A DNA stretch of 64,000 nucleotides, taken from the NCBI RefSeq assembly GCF_006345805.1, contig NC_043026.1:9982001-10046000 (forward strand). Direction: 5' to 3'. A model generated the notes under the pieces. It had not been told where the DNA came from. It searched no databases and saw nothing but the letters and a program-made list of their open reading frames with translations. Both the position numbers and the translations under genes were made by a program. This document shows positions 56,133-64,000 of the stretch, in pieces (positions within the stretch are counted from its first letter, which is position 1; each line of letters begins with the position of its first letter). This DNA comes from Octopus sinensis (lineage: Eukaryota).

Positions 56133-56375
56133 ACGCCTAGATAAGATACCTTTTTTTCAAAACCAGTCAAAGAAACATTTGGTCTGGCATGTTCTTGTTG
56201 GAACTCTACCCACTTTCCTGTTGGGAATGTTGACCCTCAATTCTTTGAATCTTTGGTTGAAATTAGCCAGCTGATGACAGTATTCATAAGAACTAATGGT
56301 CTGGCTGTATTGAGAAAATTCTTTAGTTTGTATTATATTTGTTGTTTTTTTTCTTCAATTTCTGCAATTTCAACC

Positions 56376-56798
56376 AGATCTTCTCGGTTTCAACGGCAGT
56401 TTTTTCTAGACGTGCCATATGAAATTGTCACCCATAATTATGACCCTAGTATCGATCTATTGCATTTCAATCTGTTTTAGGGTTACATTTAGTTAGGGGT
56501 GGAGGGAAGGGTATCTTTTTTTCTTCACAAAGGTAAATAAACCCAATCTGTTTCTTAAACGAGGGACATATTCATACGACACAGAAAGTTTTTACTTCAA
56601 TGGACGTCATTGATTGGTTGAAATTGCAGAAATTGAAGAAAAATGAACAACAAATATCTTAGAAACTATAGAATTTTCTCAATAAAGCCTTGAGAAAAAG
56701 ATGTTTTATAAACAAATTCAACCAGTATACGAAGGTAAAAAGTGTTTAGTTACGTGGAAATTATATTAAAGAAAGTGCCGGTCAAACGGAAAAGCTCC
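56376..56798. mobile_element. GGATCTTTTCGG MITE, third spacer copy
   Basis: Near-identical to 13523 and 18304. Confidence 0.85.
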
Positions 56799-56878
56799 TA
56801 AATGAGTTGTAATGGAACCGGTGTGTTAGATAAGAAGGCGGTATGACTCGACCAGAGAGAAAAGTACATCAGCTGCAT

Positions 56879-57081
56879 AAAGGGAGATAAACAAGGGAAA
56901 ATAGTCGAGAGAGGAAGTACGCATGCGCGTTGAATGCATTTTGGTATCTTATTAAATGTCTTGATCCATGAATTTCTTTGAAATCAGCTGATAATGCTTA
57001 TTATACGGTCTTATAATGCATTCCTCAACTACCAGAAACACACATACATAACACTATCCTTTGTTAAACATTGCCGTAAGT
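56879..57081 (+). promoter_or_regulatory. Putative promoter and exon 1 of ZNF7 (type A)
   Basis: ACGCATGCGC 56919-56928, GTAAGT 57076-57081; acceptor ends at 58929. Confidence 0.65.
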
Positions 57082-57162
57082 ATTAATGAAATTATTCAAT
57101 GTTTTTAAGTCTGTAGACGTTTGGTTTTTCGCCTGTCGATTATTTGTTTCGCTTCCAGGTTC

Positions 57163-57755
57163 GAGATTTGGCTGCTATTTCTAGCTATGAAAGAGAGCTG
57201 TCACTGATTTGTTAGAGATTTGGCTGCTATCTCTAGCTATGAAAGAGAGCTGTCACTGATTTGTTTGAGATTTGGCTGCTATTTCTAGCTTTGAAAGAGA
57301 GCTGTTACTGATTTCTTCGAGATTTGACTGATATTTCTAGCTTTGAAAGAGAGTCGTCACTGATTTGTTAGAGATTTGGCTGCTATTTCTAGCTTTGAAA
57401 GAGAGTTATCACTGATTTGTTCGAGATTTGGCTGCTATTTCTAGCTATGAAAGGAGTTATCACTGATTTGTTCGAGATTTGGCTGCTATTTAAGCTATGA
57501 AAGGGAGTTATCACTTATTTGTTCGAGATTTGGCTGCTATTTCTAGCTATGAAAGGGAGTTATCACTTATTTGTTCGAGATTTGGCTGCTATTTCTAGGT
57601 ATGAAAGAGTGCTGTCACTGATTTGTTCGAGATTTGGCTGCTATTTCTAGCTATGAAAGAGAGCTGTCACTGATTTGTTCGAAATTTGGCTGCTATTTCT
57701 AGCTATGAAAGACAGTTGTCACTGATTTTTTCGAGATTTGGCTGCTATTTCTAGC
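57163..57755 (+). repeat. Intron-1 minisatellite, 52-bp unit, ~11.5 copies
   Basis: Same unit as 19090-19790. Confidence 0.95.
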
Positions 57756-58030
57756 AATGGACAATACCTTCTGCACATTCCCTTGTTGCCATGTTAGTTT
57801 GTGACATTAACCCTCTGTTGTGTTTTATTTTGAGAAATATTTTCTAATACATTCCAACCGCTGAAATGTTCAGAAACCAATCCTTTATCGAACGTTTGTT
57901 TCTTGGTATAACTAGGGATGTGCGCCCACCCTGATAGCAATTTGTTTTCTCATAACTAACAATGGATAACTTTAGATAGAAATTTCTGAAAATACTTTTC
58001 AGATTATGTAGATCAGTGGTTTCCAAACTC

Positions 58031-58190
58031 TACACTCCCGGAGTGGTTGACGTTAGGAAGGGCATCCAGTTGTAGAAACATTGCCAGGTAAGACTGGAGC
58101 CTGGTGCAGCCTCTGGCTTTCCAGATCCCCGGTCGAACCGTCCAACCCATGCTAGCATGGAGAACGGACGTTAAACGATGATGATGACGA
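58031..58190 (+). mobile_element. Severely 5'-truncated RTE 3' tail inserted in the ZNF7 intron
   Basis: Absent at the homologous sites in ZNF5 and ZNF6 (35530, 51939); matches 28650-28800; (GAT)n tail. Confidence 0.85.
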
Positions 58191-59270
58191 CCACAGACTG
58201 ACTTCATCCTCGACAATCTATCCGAGGACATACGTGTAATTTGAGTGCATTTCGATAAAAAGAGCAATTTATTAAAGGGAGTAAAAAGGGTTCACCTTCA
58301 GTGTTTGACTCGAGCAAAAAAATGAAAAGAAAAAAAATAGTGTAATAGGTGTAAAAATGTGGTAAACGAATATGAAAAAAAAAATGCGCGCTGGCGAACG
58401 GGAGGGGTGAGGAGACGACTCGGAAAATTCACATCAGGAATGTTCCAAGTCCTCTCGCCACTTCCCCTTTCGTCGGTGCAATTTTTTTCTTCATATTATT
58501 TTACGCCTAGTACACTATAGTTTTTTTTTTGTGACGGAGGGTTGGGGTCCAACTCGGATAAGGTGCGCTGGCGAATGGTGGGGCGGAGAGGACTCGGAAA
58601 ACTCATACGATCAAACTCACAGGATCCAAAAACCCAATGTTAATACCCGATCATAAAAAAGAGGGAAAAAATAGTGTAAAAAGCCTGTTGCTATATCCGT
58701 GAGATCTGTGATCTGTCTCATTGCTATGCCTGTTCTATGCATTGATAACACCTCAACATCTATCTTGTTAACCAAGCTCCTATTTTCTTATTGAGCATAT
58801 TAATAGAGTACTGATAAGGTTTTCTCTCCTTTACTTCCTGCCATTGTTCATCTATTTGCTCCCCTATGTTAAATACCAGCTGAATCTGTCGCCTCTACAT
58901 CTTACACTGCTCTTTCTATATCATTTCAGAACATCAGATGACACTTGCATAACAGAAGAAACATCCTCAATACCTACCATGTTTTAAGGACTAAAGGAAA
59001 ATATTATACAAAATAGATGTATCAGATTGTTTCTACAATTCTGAGATAGAGGCCCTGTAAAACATTTACTCTGAGCTGGTATCATTAACCAAGTTTCTGA
59101 ACATCACTGACTGGAGTATGAAGAAGAGGAGCTTGTATGCTGATTAAACTTGGATAAGTCTATCTAAGTGTTGCTAGACAAAAGTAACACTGAGCACAAA
59201 TAGAAAAGTAGGAGTTTATGTAAGGAATAAAAAGGAAGAAAAATTTATACATTGTGATTTGCAGGGGAAA

Positions 59271-60025
59271 ATGATGGAAAAGAGTGAAAAAGTTGAAGAA
59301 CTGATTTCATCTGAACACATAAAAGAGATGAGAAAATTGTCGTATGACTGTGACATTTGTAAAAAGGTCTTCTCCCTAAATGTAACCTAATTTCCCACAG
59401 ACGTATTCATACAGGGGAAAAACCATATCAGTGTGAGATCTGTGGTAAATCATTCTCCGACCAAAGTGCCTTGACTTCACATGAAGGTCTTCATACAAAG
59501 AAAAAGCCATATCACTGTGATGTCTGTGGTAAATCATTTTCTCTAAGTTGTAATTTATCTGCACACATACGTATTCATACAGGAGAGAAACCATATCATT
59601 GTGATATTTGTGGTTCATCTTTCTCTGCAAGTAATGACTTTATGAGACACACGCGTATTCATACAGGTGTGAAACCATATCGATGTGATGTCTGTGGTAA
59701 ATCATTCTCTCAGAGTTATAACTTAACTACTCACAGGCGTATTCATACAGGAGACAAACCTTATGAGTGTGATATCTGTGGTAAATCATTCTCTCGTAAT
59801 CATGATGTAACTATACATAAACATATTCACACAGGAGACAAACCTTATCGATGTGATATCTGTGGTAAATCCTTCTCTGGTAAGAACAACTTAACTAAAC
59901 ACAAACGTATTCATGTAGGAGAGACAGCATATCACTGTGGTATGTGTAGAAAATCATTTTCTGACCGTAGTTCGTGGGCTTCACACAAACATCTTCATAC
60001 AAAGGAGAAGCCATATCACTCATGA
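59271..60025 (+). pseudogene. ZNF7: 8-finger gene with a single -1 homopolymer frameshift in finger 1 (may be a sequencing error)
   Basis: CCCTAAATGT at about 59374-59383 versus CCCTAAAATGT in paralogs; otherwise open to TKEKPYHS*. Confidence 0.7.
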
Positions 60026-60372
60026 CTGGTAAATTATTCTCTCAAAATAGTGTTTTAATGAAACACAATATTTTTACAGGAGACAAAGCAAGAGAATAGT
60101 TTCCTATTTGTTACGTACCTTTAACATTGCACCTCCACACACACACACACATATATATATCTAGTTTCAGAGTTGTTAAAAGCGCTTATATGAAGAAATA
60201 ATATGGGATATGTAAATAAATATATATTTTTACAACCATGCAGCATTCTGAACATCTTTTTTCTTTCATATGCATATATATATATGTGTGTATACATATG
60301 TGTATGTATATATATGTATACATAGATATATATGTATGTATATGTATCTGTATATATGTGTTTGTGTGTGTG

Positions 60373-60407
<35 letters not shown>

Positions 60408-60460
60408 TTATATATATGTGTTTGTGTATGTATATATATATATGTATATATATCTATAGA

Positions 60461-60752
60461 GGCGCAGGAGTGGCTGTGTGGTAAGTAGCTTGCTTACCAA
60501 CCACATGGTTCCGGGTTCAGTCCCACTGTGTGGCATCTTGGACAAGCGTCTTCTGCTATAGCCCCGGGCCGACCAATGCCTTGTGAGTGGATTTGGTAGA
60601 CGGAAACTGAAAGAAGCCTGTCGTATATATGTATGTGTTGTGTGTATATTTTTGTGTCTGTGTTTGTCCCCCTAGCATTGCTTGACGGCCGATGCTGGTG
60701 TGTTTAAGTCCCCGTCACCTAGCAGTTCAGCAAAACAGACCGATAGAATAAG
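60461..60752 (+). mobile_element. SINE (10006 family), 3' part replaced by CR1
   Basis: Aligns to 10006-10290, then switches abruptly after GATAGAATAAG. Confidence 0.85.
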
Positions 60753-62303
60753 AAATTGGACTGCTGAACGGGAATACAAGTTAGATAAATCAGGCACCAA
60801 CAGGAAGAAGCGGAATAAATCCTCCAACCATCTCAAGCAAGTGACAAAAAATGCAGTGCTTGAATTTGAACAGTGCATAGCAGCCAATCCTGACAGCAAG
60901 GTTTTCTGGAAATATGGGCATTCGAAGCAGAGACCTCACTCTCCAGTGGGCCCTCTTCGCAACCCTCACACAAACCAGATCACTGACGATCCCAAGAATG
61001 CACAGAACTCATTGCCGAGTGCTATGCAAACATATTCACTGTTGAAAGTCAAAATGTACCATCTTCACCATCACTAACAGCAAATTCCATAACAACTATG
61101 GAATTTACACCTGCAATGCTGCGACGTCACCTTCAAAATAAGCGCAACTATGCCTCCCCTGGTCTTGATGGAGTTACATACCTGCTTCTCAAACTTGGCA
61201 GGTACTTCCTTTTACACCAGCTTTCTATTTTTTTCCAGTACTGTCTCAACAATGGTGCTACTCCGGAGCAGTGGAAAACTGCCAGTGTCATTCCTCTGTT
61301 CAAAAAGGGCGACCGCACATCACCTGTCAACTATCGCCCAGTCAGTCTCACTAGCTGTATTGCAAAACTGATGGAATTGTGTGTCAGAGAAACACTTTGG
61401 AACTTCTGGAGCTCACAGTCTCATCCGACCCTCACAATATGGATTTGTCCCTAACTCCAGCTGCAGTGATCAGCTTGTTGAGTTCCTTGAGGACATTACT
61501 CAGATCACTGACAGTGCCTCATGGGTGGATGTTGTCTACCTTGACTTTGCTAAGGCTTTTAATTCTGTGCCAGACAAAAGGCTTATGGTGAAACTCTCTG
61601 CAATGGGTGTGAGGGATGATCTTTTTAACTGGTTGAAATCCTTCTTTCTCAGCCGAAAGGAGGTAGTCACAGTTCTAGGACAGCATTCTACACCATATGA
61701 GATGTCATCGGGTGTACCACATGGATCTGTCCTTGGTCCCCTCTTGTTTGTGGCATACATTAATGACATAGATGCCAATTTAAAGAATGCCACAGTATTG
61801 AAATATGCAGACAACATCAAGCTGTACCTTGAAATCAAGAGGACAGATCCTGATGTCTACAGCTCTTTCCTGCAATCAGACCTGGACACAATGCAGCAAT
61901 GGATCACAGACTGGCAACTGAAACTGGCTGTGGACAAGTGTACCACCATGCATTTTGGGAGAAAAACCCTGCATCCACATACTCCCTCCACAACACTGAT
62001 ATCAAGAAATCCTCTTGTGAGCGTGACCTAGGCATCACTGTCAGCAGTGATTTGTGTTGGACAAAGCATATCTCTAAAATTGTCAAGAACGCCGAGGGTG
62101 TCTTGGCATCACTCAGCAAGACTTTTGTTAGCCGCTCTCCAGCCATCTATTTAAAACCGTATACAGCTATGGTACGACCACACTTGGAATTCGCATCATC
62201 AGTTTGGAACCCCTATCTTGCTCAGAACATTGACCTCCTGGAATCTGTTCAGAGATGTGCAACCAAACGCATACCCTTATTCCTTCGAAATTAGGAATAT
62301 GCA
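60753..62303 (+). mobile_element. Older CR1/L2-clade LINE, truncated at both ends and frameshifted
   Basis: Linker (NPDSKVFWKY) and RT motifs; same family as, but clearly diverged from, 22932-24480; YADN replaces YADD. Confidence 0.9.
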
Positions 62304-62550
62304 GCCTTCGAAACATATGTCGAGAATAAAGGAATTTTGTTAAATCGTCGTTCAACTCCATTCTTTCATTTATTTGTATAAAAAAACACACAAATTTCCA
62401 CACGAAAGCACGTGATCTCTGCCCTTGGCATGTAGCTTCAACCGTGTTTTTCTGACGTGAATTTGCCACCCAGGTATCGGTTAACCAAATTATCCATACT
62501 AGGATAATTCATTCAACTACATTTATATATATATATATATATATATTTGT

Positions 62551-62823
62551 GCAGGCGCAATGGCCTAGTGATTAGGGCAGTGGACTCGCGGTTTCGATTC
62601 ACAGACTGGGCGTTGTGAGTGTTTATTGAGCGAAAACACCTAAAAGCTCCACGAGGCTCCGGCAGGGGATGGTGGTGATCCCTGCTGTACTCTTTCACCA
62701 CTCTTTCTTCTGTTGGCCTGCTCGCTTAGCCAGCGGGGTGGCATCATTCGAAGACTAAAACAATGCGAACGCATTGTGACCAGCGAAGTGTAACAACATC
62801 TGACGGTCTGGTCGGTCACGTGA
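62551..62823 (+). mobile_element. tRNA-derived SINE (GGCGCAATGGCCTAGTG family)
   Basis: A-box TGGCCTAGTG, B-box GGTTTCGATTC, flanked by (TA)n. Confidence 0.7.
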
Positions 62824-62841
62824 TATATATATATATATATA

Positions 62842-63244
62842 GGCGGAGGAGTGGCTGTGTGGTAAGTAGCTTGTTTACCAACCACATGGTTCTGGGTTCC
62901 ATCCCACTGCATGGCACCTTGGGCAAGTGTCTTCTACTATAGCCTCGGGCCGACCAAAGCCTTGTGAGTGAATTTGGTAGACGGAAACTAAAAGAAGCCT
63001 GTCGTATATATGTATATATATATATGTGTGTGTGTTTGTGTTTCTGTGTTTGTCCCCCTAGCATTGCTTGACAACCGATGCTGGTGTGTTTATGTCCCCG
63101 TTACTTAGCGGTTCGCCAAAAGAGACCGATAGAATAAGTACTGGGCTTACAAAAGAATAAGTCCCGGGGTCGAGTTGCTCGATTAAAGGCGGTGCTCCAG
63201 CATGGCCGCAGTCAAATGACTGAAACAAGTAAAAGAGAAAGAGT
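62842..63244 (+). mobile_element. SINE (10006 family), full length
   Basis: End-to-end alignment with 10006-10393. Confidence 0.85.
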
Positions 63245-63434
63245 ATATATATATATATATATATATATGAAAGAAAAAAGGTGTTCAGAATGCTGCATGG
63301 TTGTAAAAATATATATTTATTTACATATCACATATTATTTCTTCATATAAGCGCTTTTAAAAGCTCTGAAACTACATATACATGTGTGTGTGTGTGTGGA
63401 GGTGCAATGTTAAAGGTACGTAACAAATAGGAAA

Positions 63435-64000
63435 CTATTCTCTTGCTTTGTCTCCTGTATAAATATTGTGTTTCATTAAAACACTATTTTGAGAGAATAA
63501 TTTACCAGTCATGACTGATATGGATTCTCCTTTGTGTGAAGCCCAGGAACTACGGTCAGAAAATGATTTTCTACACATACCACAGTGATATGCTGTCTCT
63601 CCTACATGAATACGTTTGTGTCTAGCTAACAAACTACTGTTAGAGAATGATTTACTACAGATCTCACAATGATATGGTTTCTATCCTGTATGAATACGCT
63701 TGTGTCTAGTTAAGTTATGATTACGAGAGAATGATTTACCACAGATATCACAGTGATGCAGCTTCAGTACTGTATTAATACATTTGTGATTAATTAACTG
63801 ACTACTTTTAGAGAAAGTTTTACCGCAGACATCACAGTGATATGGCTTCTTCTTTGTATGAAGACGTTTGTGTGTAACCAAGCCAAACCTATCAGAGAAT
63901 GATTTACCACAGATCTCACAGTGATATGGTGTCTCTCCTGTATGAATATGCTTGTGTCTAGTTAACAAACTACTTACAGAGAATGATTTGCCACAGATAT
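63435..64000 (-). pseudogene. ZNF8: 3' part of a ZNF7-type gene (continues past the window end) with one in-frame TAG in a linker
   Basis: ORFs 63681-63968 and 63435-63632 are in the same frame; TGEKP is read as TG*KP at 63681-63683. Confidence 0.8.

Noticed and set aside
62310-62321. GAAACATATGTC, like the 3' half of a minimal Penelope-type hammerhead (palindromic stem III loop)
   Set aside because: No CUGANGA upstream, because CR1 sequence occupies that position; at most a truncated relic.

Overview
Eukaryotic, AT-rich, non-bacterial DNA: a tandem cluster of single-coding-exon C2H2 zinc-finger (ZNF) genes packed with transposons. The repeat families (tRNA-derived SINEs, RTE LINEs with (GAT)n tails, GGATCTTTTCGG MITE) and the ZNF array style point to an Octopus genome; this is inference, as no search was run. 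I number the units ZNF0 (only its promoter and first exon are in the window, - strand) to ZNF8. ZNF1(-), ZNF2, ZNF3 and ZNF6 are intact, with 16, 16, 19 and 24 fingers. ZNF4, ZNF5 and ZNF7 carry frameshifts and ZNF8(-) has one in-frame TAG. Units ZNF0-ZNF7 share one architecture (ZNF8's 5' end lies beyond the window): an invariant GCGCATGCGT (NRF1-like) motif, a short non-coding exon ending at GTAAGT, an intron with a 51/52-bp VNTR, then an acceptor and one exon with the whole CDS. About 20035-36035 is repeated at about 36036-52445. The two copies carry homopolymer-type indels in different places, so part of this may be long-read error or a false duplication. Main leads: (i) a shared promoter/VNTR cassette that also marks a crossover point; (ii) combinatorial shuffling of 84-bp finger units with change focused on recognition helices; (iii) a CR1 reverse transcriptase fused in frame to zinc fingers, which reconstructs as an uninterrupted ~545-aa ORF; (iv) a head-to-tail train of chimeric Helitrons carrying piggyBac and helicase fragments; (v) SINE multimers bounded by a single TSD. 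Coordinates were counted by eye and may be off by a few bp.
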